From assembly GCA_050015255.1 (NCBI GenBank), contig JBEKBT010000002.1, positions 13,545-77,544 of the forward strand: a DNA stretch of 64,000 nucleotides, read 5' to 3'. Position numbers and translations under genes: made by a program. The DNA comes from Acidimicrobiales bacterium (GTDB taxonomy: Bacteria; Actinomycetota; Acidimicrobiia; Acidimicrobiales; Bog-793). Numbering within the stretch: the first letter of the stretch is position 1; every line of letters starts with the position of its first letter. Positions 17,801-26,911 of this stretch are shown in pieces. The notes below the pieces were generated by a model. It ran no database searches. It was not told the origin of the DNA and saw nothing but the letters and a program-made list of their open reading frames with translations.

Positions 17801-18373
17801 ATGCGGGTCATAGGCGGCACGGCAAAGCGGCGCCGGCTGAGGGCTCCCGACATAGAAGGCCTTCGTCCGACGAGCGACCGGGTGCGCGAAGCGATCTTCG
17901 ACATCCTCGCCAGCCGCGGGGTCATCGAGGGCGCGGCCGTGCTCGACGCGTATGCCGGCTCGGGTGCGCTCGGCATCGAGGCGCTGTCTCGAGGAGCGGC
18001 GGCGGTGTGTTTCGTCGAGGCCGACCGCCGGGCGGTCGCCGCCATTCGCGCCAACCTCGCCTCGACCGGGTTCGCCACATCGTCGGCCGTGCGCGTCGTG
18101 CGGGCAGACGTCCCCGAGTTCCTCGCCGGCGAGACCGGCACCCGTTACGACCTGGCGCTCGTCGACCCGCCGTACTCATTCGACGACTGGCCCTCGCTGC
18201 TCAGGCTGCTGAGAGCCGACCTCGCCGTGCTGGAGACGTCCAGCCCTGTCGCTCTCCCCGAGGGCTTCGGGATCATCCGCGAGTACCGCTACGGCGGTAC
18301 GCTCGTCACGCTGGTCGAAGCCCGCGGGCTCGGCCGTGACGATCCCCGAACCACCGAGAAGGACTCCGTGTGA
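17801..18373 (+). CDS. rsmD: 16S rRNA (guanine966-N2)-methyltransferase RsmD
   Basis: In frame within track ORF 17168..18373, from ATG 17801. MRVIGGTAKRRRLRAPDIEGLRPTSDRVREAIFDIL...LDAYAGSGALGIEALSRGA...VDPPY. Confidence 0.9.
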   Translation: MRVIGGTAKRRRLRAPDIEGLRPTSDRVREAIFDILASRGVIEGAAVLDAYAGSGALGIEALSRGAAAVCFVEADRRAVAAIRANLASTGFATSSAVRVVRADVPEFLAGETGTRYDLALVDPPYSFDDWPSLLRLLRADLAVLETSSPVALPEGFGIIREYRYGGTLVTLVEARGLGRDDPRTTEKDSV

Positions 18374-18846
18374 CCATCGCTTTGTTTCCCGGCTCTTTCG
18401 ACCCGTTCCACAATGGGCACCTCGAGATCGCCGAGCGCGCCTCGAGGCTGTTCGACGGGCTCGTGGTGGCCGTGGTCCGCAACCCGCAAAAGGGCGAGCC
18501 CCTCTTCGATGTCGACGAGCGCGAGGCGATGATCGCCGAGTCACTGGCGCACCTGGGCTCGGTCCGGATCGTGGCGATGTCGGTCCTGGTCGTCGAGGTC
18601 GCCCTCGAGGTCGGAGCCAACGTCATCATCAAAGGACTGCGAGCGGTCTCCGACTTCGAGAACGAGCTGCAGATGGCGCAGATGAACCAGCATCTTTCGG
18701 GCATCGAGACACTGTTCCTGCCGACGAGCTCGGCGCACTCGTTCGTGGCCTCGAGACTCATCCGTGAGGTCGTCCGCCACGGGGGCGACGTGAGCGAGTT
18801 CGTGCCGCCCCCTGTTGCTAGCAGGTTGAAGGAGCTGCGACCGTGA
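18370..18846 (+). CDS. coaD: pantetheine-phosphate adenylyltransferase
   Basis: 158 aa. TIALFPGSFDPFHNGHLEI (T/HxGH motif), ...ISSSLIRE-like SRLIREV. The start overlaps the rsmD stop. Confidence 0.95.
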   Translation: MTIALFPGSFDPFHNGHLEIAERASRLFDGLVVAVVRNPQKGEPLFDVDEREAMIAESLAHLGSVRIVAMSVLVVEVALEVGANVIIKGLRAVSDFENELQMAQMNQHLSGIETLFLPTSSAHSFVASRLIREVVRHGGDVSEFVPPPVASRLKELRP

Positions 18847-19442
18847 CCGACGTGCACGACACCGAATCCCCCGAGCCCGACGCCGACGCCCCGCCCGAGG
18901 AGGGCAACGTCGAGGACCTCATCGAGGAGCTGATCGAGATCATCACCTCGGCGAAGTCGATGCCGCTCTCGTCCTCCGCCATCGTCACCCGCGACGAGGT
19001 GCTCGACTTGCTCGAGGCGATCCGCGACGACCTCCCCGAGGAGCTCCGCCGGGCGCGCCGCATGCTCAAGGACCATGAGGAGCTGCTCGCCGCGGCCAGG
19101 CGGGAGGCAGCCGACATCGTCGGTGACGCCCGGGTCCAGGCCGAGCGGATGGTGCAAAGGACCGAGATCGTCCGCCAGGCCGAGCACAGGGCGGTGCGGA
19201 TCGTCGAAGACGCCGAGGCGGCGGCACGCCAGATGCGCCACGAGACCGAGGACTACGTCGACCAGAAGCTCGCCGGCTTCGAGATCGTGCTCGACCGGAC
19301 GATCAAGACGGTGCGCACCGGCCGGGAACGGCTGGCGGCGGTGCCGGCCCCGCAGCCCCATCCGGGCGACGAGCCGCCGGACGAGCTCGGCGACGATGGT
19401 TGGCTCTCGGGGGACGGGCTCTTCGACCAGGATCTCGAGTGA
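18843..19442 (+). CDS. conserved coiled-coil protein (ATP-synthase-b/DivIVA-like helical protein downstream of coaD)
   Basis: 199 aa. Acidic N- and C-termini with a long helical core (ARREAADIVGDARVQAERMVQRTEIVRQAEHRAVRIVEDAEAAARQMRHETEDYVDQKL). Translationally coupled on both sides. Confidence 0.7.
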   Translation: MTDVHDTESPEPDADAPPEEGNVEDLIEELIEIITSAKSMPLSSSAIVTRDEVLDLLEAIRDDLPEELRRARRMLKDHEELLAAARREAADIVGDARVQAERMVQRTEIVRQAEHRAVRIVEDAEAAARQMRHETEDYVDQKLAGFEIVLDRTIKTVRTGRERLAAVPAPQPHPGDEPPDELGDDGWLSGDGLFDQDLE

Positions 19443-19978
19443 GCAGGAACGACCACCGCGGCCCGTTCGCCGTCGGCGTGGCGGTGCTGCGCAAGCACCC
19501 GGGCACGCGGCGCCGGGTAAAGGCCGTCGGGCCGATCGCCGAGCTCGAGGTGAGCAACTCCCGGATAGCGGAAGGTTCGGACGTCGAGGTGGACGTGGTG
19601 CTCGAGTCGGTGCCCGGAGGCGTGGTCGTGAACGGCACAGTCTCGGCTCGCTGGGAGGGCGAGTGCCGTCGCTGCCTCGAGCCTGCGACGGGTCGCCTCC
19701 TCGCCCGGGTTCGCGAGCTCTGCTCCGACGACGCCGACCCCGAGCTCGGCTACCCGATGACGGCCGACTGGCTCGACCTCGAATTGCTAGCCCACGATGC
19801 CTGTATCTTGGAGCTGCCGCTCGCGCCGCTCTGTAGGCCCGATTGCCTCGGGCTTTGCCCCGAGTGCGGCGCGAACCGCAACCACGAGACCTGTACCTGC
19901 ACGGAAACGACCGACCCGCGGTGGGCCGCCCTTTCCGGGCTCGGTGCTCCTCAAGCCGTACCCGAGTGGAGAGAATGA
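19439..19978 (+). CDS. yceD: YceD/DUF177 family protein
   Basis: Track ORF 19400..19978. GTG 19439 overlaps the upstream stop. CRRCLEP...DLELLAHDACILELPLAPLCRPDCLGLCPECGANRN Cys-rich C-terminus. Sits directly upstream of rpmF, as is usual. Confidence 0.85.
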   Translation: MSRNDHRGPFAVGVAVLRKHPGTRRRVKAVGPIAELEVSNSRIAEGSDVEVDVVLESVPGGVVVNGTVSARWEGECRRCLEPATGRLLARVRELCSDDADPELGYPMTADWLDLELLAHDACILELPLAPLCRPDCLGLCPECGANRNHETCTCTETTDPRWAALSGLGAPQAVPEWRE

Positions 19979-19980
19979 CG

Positions 19981-20160
19981 ATGGCCGTCCCCAAGAAGAA
20001 GACCTCGAAGTCGAAGAGCCGCAGCCGGCGGGCGTCGGCCTGGACGTTGAACGAGCCCTCGCGCAGCCTTTGTCCCCAGTGCAACCGGGCGAAGCTGCCG
20101 CACGTGGTTTGCCCCCATTGCGGGTGGTACAAGGGTCGCCAGGCAGTAGAGGTCGACTGA
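19981..20160 (+). CDS. rpmF: 50S ribosomal protein L32
   Basis: In frame within track ORF 19843..20160, from ATG 19981. MAVPKKKTSKSKSRSRRASAW...CPQCNRAKLPHVVCPHCGWYKGRQ. Confidence 0.95.
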   Translation: MAVPKKKTSKSKSRSRRASAWTLNEPSRSLCPQCNRAKLPHVVCPHCGWYKGRQAVEVD

Positions 20161-20165
20161 CAGTC

Positions 20166-21191
20166 GTGGCGCGGCCGACCAGCGGAGCGGGCGCGGTGCG
20201 TTCGTCTGTCAGCTCCTTGCCGGTCGCCGTTGACGCGATGGGCGGGGACCGTGCCCCTGGCGAGATCGTCTCCGGGGCGCGGCGCGCGGCCGAGGAGCTC
20301 GGGATCCCCGTCGTGCTGGTGGGCCCAACGGACGGATCGCTCGGTGACACCGGCGACCTGGAGATTCTGCCGGCCAGCGAGGTCATCGCCATGCACGACG
20401 ACCCCGCCCAGAGCGTTCGGGCCAAGAAGGACTCGACCCTCGTGCGCGCAGCCGAGGCGGTGCGCGACGGGCGGGCCTGTGCCGTGGTGAGCGCCGGCAA
20501 CACCGGGGCTGCCATGGCGAGCGCACTGTTGAGAATGGGCCGGCTCCCCGGCGTCGCCCGCCCGGCGATCGCGGCGCTCATCCCGGCCGTCACAGGGCAG
20601 CCGGCGGTTCTCGTGGACGCCGGCGCCAATGCCGACTGCCACGCCGAGTGGCTGGTCCAGTTCGCCCAGATGGGCTCTGCCTTCATGACACTGCGTTTCG
20701 GCACGCTCGTCCCCAAAGTCGCCCTGTTGTCCATAGGCGAGGAGTCCTCCAAGGGCAACCAGCTCGCCAAGGAGGCGCACGCCCTGCTGGCGGCCGGGGT
20801 CGGAGTCGACTTCGTGGGCAACGTAGAGGGCCGGGACCTGCTCGAGGGCAAGGTCGATGTGATCGTGACCGACGGCTTCACCGGGAACGTCGCCCTCAAG
20901 TCGCTCGAAGGGGCTCTCAGAGCCCTTTTTGACATCCTCGGCCGCGTGATCGGCGCCACCCCGGAGAGCCGCGCCGCTGGCGAAGTGCTCGGCCCTGAGC
21001 TGCTCGTCTACGCGCAACGGCTCGACCCTGAAGAGACCGGTGGGGCGATGCTGCTCGGCGTGGACGGTGTGTGCGTCATCAGCCACGGCAGCTCCTCGGC
21101 GAGGGCGATCCTGAACGCCGTGCGCGTGGCCCACGAGGCCGTGACCGGCGATCTCGTGGGATCGCTGCGTGACGCGGTTGCGGTTGTCTGA
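20166..21191 (+). CDS. plsX: phosphate acyltransferase PlsX
   Basis: In frame within track ORF 19797..21191. LPVAVDAMGGDRAPGEIV, SAGNTGA, VDAGAN, TDGFTGNVALK, ISHGSS. The start is uncertain (GTG 20166 or a downstream GTG). Confidence 0.9.
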   Translation: MARPTSGAGAVRSSVSSLPVAVDAMGGDRAPGEIVSGARRAAEELGIPVVLVGPTDGSLGDTGDLEILPASEVIAMHDDPAQSVRAKKDSTLVRAAEAVRDGRACAVVSAGNTGAAMASALLRMGRLPGVARPAIAALIPAVTGQPAVLVDAGANADCHAEWLVQFAQMGSAFMTLRFGTLVPKVALLSIGEESSKGNQLAKEAHALLAAGVGVDFVGNVEGRDLLEGKVDVIVTDGFTGNVALKSLEGALRALFDILGRVIGATPESRAAGEVLGPELLVYAQRLDPEETGGAMLLGVDGVCVISHGSSSARAILNAVRVAHEAVTGDLVGSLRDAVAVV

Positions 21192-21307
21192 CGGCGCCGT
21201 CGCCCGGGTGACCTCACCCGCCTCAGAGCGGCGCAAAGGCGGCGGGCAGTGGGCGAGGCCGCCCCGCAGGCCTTAACATGGGACAGAAGCAAGACGAAGG
21301 AGCCCAG

Positions 21308-21595
21308 GTGTCCGAGACGACCGGTGCGATCATGAGCCGCGACGAGGTGATCCAGCTCGTCCGCTCCCAGCTGGCGGAGATCCTCGAGATCGACATGTCG
21401 GAGATCAGCGAGTCGTCTTCGTTCGCCGACGACCTCAACGCGGACTCGCTCGCCCTGATCGAGCTGGTCGAGGCGTTGGAGGAGGAGCTCAGCGACCGGT
21501 TGCCCGGGTTCCGCATCGATGATGAGGACCTCGAGGAGCTGCGCACCGTGCGTGACGCGGTCGACTACGTGAGCGGGAAGGTCGGGGCGGCCTGA
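21308..21595 (+). CDS. acyl carrier protein
   Basis: Track ORF 21278..21595. GTG 21308 lies 6 nt after GAAGGAG. FADDLNADSLALIELVEALEEE contains the phosphopantetheine-attachment DSL motif. Confidence 0.85.
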   Translation: MSETTGAIMSRDEVIQLVRSQLAEILEIDMSEISESSSFADDLNADSLALIELVEALEEELSDRLPGFRIDDEDLEELRTVRDAVDYVSGKVGAA

Positions 21596-21660
21596 GCAAA
21601 CCCACAGGCGAGCCCGAGCCGAACGGCGAGAGGCTGCTCAGCGCGCTCAGCGAGTACGGC

Positions 21661-22317
21661 GTGAGCAGCAGCTTGCTCCGCCAGGCGCTCTCGCACCGTT
21701 CGTACTGCTCCGAATGGGGCGGCCGCCCTTCCAACGAGCGCTTGGAGCTGCTCGGCGACGCCGTATTGAGCCTTGTCGTGGCCGAGCACCTCTACCGGTC
21801 CTTTCCGGACCTGCCGGAAGGAGACCTCGCCCGGCTTCGCGCCTCGGTCGTGAGTACCGAGGCGCTGGCGCCGATCGCCGATGAGCTCGGCGTGGGCGAG
21901 GCGGTCCTGCTCGGCAAGGGCGAGGAGGCTTCGGGCGGCCGTGCCAAGGAGTCGATCCTCGCCGACTGCCTGGAAGCCATCATCGCCGCCGTCTACCTCT
22001 CCTCCGGGCTCCCGGCCGCGGCCGCCTTCGTGGTCGATCTGCTCAAAGGACCGATCGCGGGCATCGCCGCCGAAGGCCGGCTCGGCGATCCGAAGAACCG
22101 GCTCCAGGAGCTGGCGGCGCGGCTCAACCTCGAGATGCCGTCGTACGAGGTGAACGGCAAGGGCCCCGACCACGCCAAGGTCTTCTTCGCCGAGGTGACG
22201 GTGGGCGGCGAGGTCTTGGGCCGCGGTACCGGCACCTCGAAGAAACTGGCCGAGCGCGTCGCGGCGGCCGCCGCCCTCGAGGTCATTGGCGCCCGACAGG
22301 GCGATCCCAGCGCTTAG
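21661..22317 (+). CDS. rnc: ribonuclease III
   Basis: 218 aa from GTG 21661. ALSHRSY, NERLELLGDAVL (catalytic signature), and a dsRBD at the C-terminus. Conserved-looking N-terminal residues continue upstream with no canonical start (see findings). Confidence 0.9.
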   Translation: MSSSLLRQALSHRSYCSEWGGRPSNERLELLGDAVLSLVVAEHLYRSFPDLPEGDLARLRASVVSTEALAPIADELGVGEAVLLGKGEEASGGRAKESILADCLEAIIAAVYLSSGLPAAAAFVVDLLKGPIAGIAAEGRLGDPKNRLQELAARLNLEMPSYEVNGKGPDHAKVFFAEVTVGGEVLGRGTGTSKKLAERVAAAAALEVIGARQGDPSA

Positions 22318-23157
22318 GTGCCCGAGCTCCCCGAGGTCGAGACCGTGCGCCGGGGCCTTGAGGGCACCGTGATCGGCAGGCGGGTCACCGAGGTCCAAGT
22401 TCTCGGGCGCCGTACGGTCCGGCGCCAGTCGCCGGCTGAGCTGACGAGCCGGTTGGCCGGTCGCAGGTTCACCGGTGCCGGGCGCCGGGGCAAGTTCCTC
22501 CTGCTCTCGCTGGACGACGGCTCGGTGCTCGTGGTCCATCTGCGGATGACCGGCCAACTGCTCCACTTCGGGGGCACTGAGCGCCCGCCCCTCGCCGAGC
22601 ACACCCATGTGATCGTCGGCCTCGAGGACGGTACCGAGCTGCGCTTTGTCGACCCGAGGACCTTCGGAGAATGGTTCGTATGCTCCGAGCTCGACAGTCG
22701 GGGCGTCCCGTCCGAGCTTTCGCACCTCGGGCGCGACCCGCTGCTGGAAGGCCTGCCCGCGACCTATCTCGCCTCCCGTTTCTCGGGCCGTCGCGCCCCG
22801 CTCAAGGCGCTGCTCACCGACCAGCGCATCGTCGCCGGCATGGGGAGCATCTACGCGGACGAGACCTGCTTTCGGGCAAAGCTCCGGCCCGACCGCCCCG
22901 GCGGCTCGCTCTCCGCAGCCGAGCTCGCCTCCCTGGCAAGGGCGGCGAGGGCCGTGCTGCGCGACGCCGTGGCGTCGCGCGGGTCCTCATTGCGGGACCT
23001 GGGCTATCGCGATCTCGCCGGTGACCTCGGGTCCTATCAGGGTCGTCACGCCGTCTACGACCGGGCCGGCGAGGCGTGCCCGCGCTGCGGGCACCCGGTC
23101 GTGCGGCTGAAGATCGGATCCCGCTCCGCCTACTGCTGCGAAGGCTGCCAGCAATGA
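22318..23157 (+). CDS. mutM: formamidopyrimidine-DNA glycosylase
   Basis: 279 aa. (M)PELPEVETVRRGL N-terminus and a C-terminal zinc finger CPRCGHPV...CEGCQ. Confidence 0.95.
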   Translation: MPELPEVETVRRGLEGTVIGRRVTEVQVLGRRTVRRQSPAELTSRLAGRRFTGAGRRGKFLLLSLDDGSVLVVHLRMTGQLLHFGGTERPPLAEHTHVIVGLEDGTELRFVDPRTFGEWFVCSELDSRGVPSELSHLGRDPLLEGLPATYLASRFSGRRAPLKALLTDQRIVAGMGSIYADETCFRAKLRPDRPGGSLSAAELASLARAARAVLRDAVASRGSSLRDLGYRDLAGDLGSYQGRHAVYDRAGEACPRCGHPVVRLKIGSRSAYCCEGCQQ

Positions 23158-23232
23158 AGCGGGGGCGCGACCGATGCGATACGGCCGGCGAATCCGCTGG
23201 AAACCGCGCCACCCGGATAACGTGATCCCAAC

Positions 23233-26200
23233 GTGTTCCTGAAGACGCTGACTCTCAAGGGGTTCAAGTCGTTCGCCGATCCCACGACGATCGAGCTCGA
23301 GCCGGGCATCACCGTCGTGGTGGGACCGAACGGGTCGGGGAAGTCGAACGTTGTGGATGCCGTGGCCTGGGTGCTCGGTGCCCAAGGGCCGAAAGTGGTC
23401 CGGTCGACGAAGATGGACGATGTCATCTTCGCCGGCACCTCGAAACGGCCCGCTCTCGGACGTGCGGAGGTCTCCCTCACGATCGACAACGCCTCGAGAC
23501 GCCTCCCGGTGGAGCTCGCGGAGGTCACGATCACAAGGACGCTGTTTCGCACGGGCGAGAGCGAGTACGCCCTCAATGGTGCGCCGTGCCGGTTGCTCGA
23601 CATCCAGGAGCTTCTCTCCGACGCCGGAGTCGGTCGCCAGCAGCACGTGATCGTCAGCCAGGGCCAGCTCGACTCGGTGCTCCAGGCGCGCCCGGAGGAC
23701 CGGCGCATGGTGATCGAGGAGGCGGCGGGGGTTCTCAAGTTCCGCCGGCGCCGCGAACGCGCCGAGCGCCGGCTCGAGTCGAGCGAGCAGAACCTCCTTC
23801 GGCTGCAAGACCTGCAGCGAGAGGTGCGCCGTCAGCTCCGCCCGCTGGAGCGGCAGGCCGAGGCGGCCCGCCGCCACGACGGCCTCGTCGCGGAGCTGCG
23901 GGCGCTCCGGTTGCATCTCGCGGGTCGTGAGCTCGACTCGCTCGAGCGCCGCCTAGAACGCGCCGAACGATCCCATGGCGAGATCACCGAGCAGGAGGTG
24001 AGCCAGCGAAACGAGCTCGTGCGCCTCGACGATCTGGTCACTTCGACCGAGTCGGCGCTGACCGAGGTGCAGGCCTGGGACGGGGCTGACCGGCTCGGGC
24101 GCGCCGAGCGCCTGCTGGAGCGCCAACGGGGTCTCGCGAACGTGGTCTCCGAGCGTCGCCGCGCCGTCGCCGGCTCGCTCGCGGTTGTGACCGAGGCGGA
24201 TGTCGTTGCCTCGCTCGAGGCCGAGTCGTCCCGTCTCGCCGCGGACCTGGCTGCCGCCGAGACCGCCTCGGAAGCCCTCGAGCCCGAACGCGAGAGGCTC
24301 GAGGACCTCGAGGGGGAGCTGCGACGTGACGAGGCGGCTTTCGCGGCGGTTGCAGCCTCCGGCGAGCTCGGCGTGCCCTCCGGGCCGGAGGCAGTCGCGG
24401 GGCCGGCGCCTGGCGAGGGTGCTTCTTCGGATGCCCGAGCCGCCCGCCAAGAGCACGACGCTGCCCTCGCCCGCCTGTCGGAAGCACGCGAGTCAGTGGC
24501 AGGACTTGCCGAGCGACTTGCCAGTTTCGATCGCATACGCGCCGAGCACGAGCAGCGCTTGGCCGAGCTGGCGGCGACGCTCGAGGCCTGCGAGAGCGGC
24601 GAGATACAGTTGCGCGCCGAGCACGAACGGCTTGGGGCAGCCGAACAGGCGGCAGTTGCGACCGAAAGGGCGAGCGAGGCGCGCGCCCGGGAAGCGCTCG
24701 ATCGCTCGCACGCTCTCGAGGCTCGTGCCGAGGCGCTGCAAGCAGCTCTTGACGAGACACGGGCGCGCGCCGGTGTGGAGCGCCTCGCCGGCCTGCAGGG
24801 CGTGCTGGGGACTTTGGCCGACCTCGTCGACATCGACGACGGGTGCGAGCGGGGCTTCGAGGCGGCTGTCGAGGATGTCCTCGGCACGGTCCTCGTTGAA
24901 GGCACGAGCAGGGCGCGCGAGGCGTTGCGCCATCTGCATGACGCCGGCCTCCACGGTGGCGTGCTGCCCACAGGCAGGCCCGGAGCCGCCTCGGCGTCCC
25001 CCGAGCCAGTGCCAGATGGCGGGACCGAGCTGCTCCGCGCGCGTGTCAGGTCGGAGGTGGCTGGGGTCTCTGCCGTGCTCGACCAGTTGCTGGCTGGCGT
25101 CTTGCTCTGTCGGGGCGGGCTCAGCGAAGCGCTTGGCCTTGCCGAGGAGCTGCCGGACCGGACGATCGTCACGACCGAAGGCGACCGTTTCTCGGCGCGT
25201 GGATGGCGGATCGGGGCGGCGCGTACCGGGGCGACGCGCGCCGCTCTCGACGCCGTCCGTCGTGACGCCGAGTCCGCCGCAGGGTCCGCGCGCACGGCCG
25301 CAGCCGAGGCAGAAGCCGCTCGTGAGGCGCTTGCCGCCGTCCGCTCAGCAAGCACCGAAGCCGCGAGGCGTCTCGGCGACGCTGTCGCGGCGCGTACCCA
25401 GGCACAAGCCACCCAAGCCCAGTCGGCCGAGCGCCTCGTACGCCTCGCCACCGAGCACGCCGCCGCGGCGTCGGCCTACGAAGCCGCTTTGGGGCTCGTG
25501 GCGGCGAGCGAGGCGGAGCTTCGGCTACGCGAGGGCGAGCTCGCCAAAGCCGAAGGGGCGGAGATCGAGGCCCTCGCAGTGGCGGACGAGGCAAATCGTG
25601 CCCGCAAGAGCCTTGACGAGCGCGCCCGCGTGCTCGCCGCGGCGAGAGCCGATCTGGGGATACGCAGCGCGGGACTCGAAGAGCGGCGAGCGTTGCTAAC
25701 AGCCAGGCGCGAAGAGGTGGAACGGCGCCTCGCCGGGCTCGACGCGGCACGCTCGGGCGCCGCCGCCCGTCGAGAGTCGCTCGAAGCTGCCGGGCTCGCG
25801 CTCGGGCGTCTCGCAGGCGAGCTGGCCCGGCTCGCGAGCGAGCTCACGGGCGCGCGGGATCGCCTGCGCACCGAGCGCGCGGACCATGAGCTGGCTGTCA
25901 CCGAGACGACCGGTCGTCTGCGGCAGCTGCGTGAACAGCGCACCGCGGCCGAGCGCGCCCTCGCGGGGACCCGCGAGCTGCTGCAAAGGGTCGAGCTGGA
26001 ACGCGCCGAGGCGAGGCTGCGACTCGAGACCGCCGTCGAGGCGCTGCGCCGGGAACTCGAGTGTGAGCCGGAAGATGCCGTGGCGGCGCCGTGCCCGGAG
26101 CTGCCGCCCGGGATCCCCGCCCAGGCCCGGGTTCGTGAGCTCGACCGCGAGCTCCGCCTGATGGGCCCGGTGAACCCCCTGGCGCTCGAGGAGCTTGCCG

Positions 26201-26784
26201 CTCTGGAGGAGCGGGACCGGTTTCTCGCCGAGCAGCTCGAGGACGTCCGTGGCGCTCGTCGGGAGCTCGGACGGGTAATCCGCGCCGTCGACGAGGAGAT
26301 CGTGGGGGTGTTCACGCAGGCGTTCGCCGACGTGGCCGGGCATTTCGAGAACCTTTTCTCGATGCTGTTCCCCGGCGGCACCGGCCGGTTGAGCCTGGTC
26401 GAGCCCGAGGACCTTCTCTCGACAGGCATCGAGATCGAGGCCCGGCCGGCGGGCCGCAACGTTCGGAGGCTCTCGCTGCTGTCGGGAGGTGAGCGGTCCC
26501 TCGTGGCGCTCGCGTTCCTCTTTGCCGTGTTCCGCAGCCGGCCCTCTCCCTTCTACGTGATGGACGAGGTCGAGGCGGCACTCGATGACGTGAACCTGCA
26601 CCGTTTCTTGGACCTTGTCGACGAGTTCCGCTCCGACGCCCAGCTGATCGTCGTCAGCCACCAGAAGCGGACCATGGAGGCTGCAGACGTCCTCTACGGC
26701 GTCACCATGCAACCGGGCGGAGCCTCCAAGGTCGTGAGCGAGCGGGTCGAGACGGCGGCGGCTCGCAGCACAGCGCTCGAATAG
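23233..26784 (+). CDS. smc: chromosome segregation protein SMC
   Basis: 1183 aa. FLKTLTLKGFKSFADPTTIELEPGITVVVGPNGSGKSNVVDA (Walker A), long Ala/Glu/Arg coiled coils, a hinge, LSGGERSL signature, FYVMDEVEAALD Walker B. Confidence 0.95.
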   Translation: MFLKTLTLKGFKSFADPTTIELEPGITVVVGPNGSGKSNVVDAVAWVLGAQGPKVVRSTKMDDVIFAGTSKRPALGRAEVSLTIDNASRRLPVELAEVTITRTLFRTGESEYALNGAPCRLLDIQELLSDAGVGRQQHVIVSQGQLDSVLQARPEDRRMVIEEAAGVLKFRRRRERAERRLESSEQNLLRLQDLQREVRRQLRPLERQAEAARRHDGLVAELRALRLHLAGRELDSLERRLERAERSHGEITEQEVSQRNELVRLDDLVTSTESALTEVQAWDGADRLGRAERLLERQRGLANVVSERRRAVAGSLAVVTEADVVASLEAESSRLAADLAAAETASEALEPERERLEDLEGELRRDEAAFAAVAASGELGVPSGPEAVAGPAPGEGASSDARAARQEHDAALARLSEARESVAGLAERLASFDRIRAEHEQRLAELAATLEACESGEIQLRAEHERLGAAEQAAVATERASEARAREALDRSHALEARAEALQAALDETRARAGVERLAGLQGVLGTLADLVDIDDGCERGFEAAVEDVLGTVLVEGTSRAREALRHLHDAGLHGGVLPTGRPGAASASPEPVPDGGTELLRARVRSEVAGVSAVLDQLLAGVLLCRGGLSEALGLAEELPDRTIVTTEGDRFSARGWRIGAARTGATRAALDAVRRDAESAAGSARTAAAEAEAAREALAAVRSASTEAARRLGDAVAARTQAQATQAQSAERLVRLATEHAAAASAYEAALGLVAASEAELRLREGELAKAEGAEIEALAVADEANRARKSLDERARVLAAARADLGIRSAGLEERRALLTARREEVERRLAGLDAARSGAAARRESLEAAGLALGRLAGELARLASELTGARDRLRTERADHELAVTETTGRLRQLREQRTAAERALAGTRELLQRVELERAEARLRLETAVEALRRELECEPEDAVAAPCPELPPGIPAQARVRELDRELRLMGPVNPLALEELAALEERDRFLAEQLEDVRGARRELGRVIRAVDEEIVGVFTQAFADVAGHFENLFSMLFPGGTGRLSLVEPEDLLSTGIEIEARPAGRNVRRLSLLSGGERSLVALAFLFAVFRSRPSPFYVMDEVEAALDDVNLHRFLDLVDEFRSDAQLIVVSHQKRTMEAADVLYGVTMQPGGASKVVSERVETAAARSTALE

Positions 26785-26811
26785 GCGGCTCGCAGCGCAG
26801 CGCTCGAGTAA
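26758..26811. repeat. 27-nt in-frame imperfect tandem duplication including the smc stop codon
   Basis: gcggctcgcagcacagcgctcgaaTAG (26758-26784) and gcggctcgcagcgcagcgctcgagTAA (26785-26811), 24/27 identical. Confidence 0.9.
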
Positions 26812-26911
26812 GAGCGCGCCGTCGAGGGCTGCCGGCGAGCAGGGGGCGCCCGGGGGGCGGGGCGGGGCGCCCTTCGGCTCCCTGGCCCCGGGCCGGTAGT
26901 CTGCGCACCGC

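Noticed and set aside
18306-21236. 976-aa minus-strand ORF, the longest in this part of the track
   Set aside because: It runs antisense to six well-recognised plus-strand genes (coaD, yceD, rpmF, plsX and others). Its translation is Arg/Pro/Ala/Gly low-complexity with no motifs. This is the typical stop-free antisense frame of high-GC DNA.
23832-25451. 539-aa minus-strand ORF and several other long alternative-frame ORFs inside smc (24038..24760, 24200..25699, 25476..26459, 25696..27213)
   Set aside because: All lie within or antisense to the smc coiled-coil region. Their Ser/Ala/Arg-rich composition mirrors the GAG/GCC/CGC codon bias of smc, and none has a recognisable domain.
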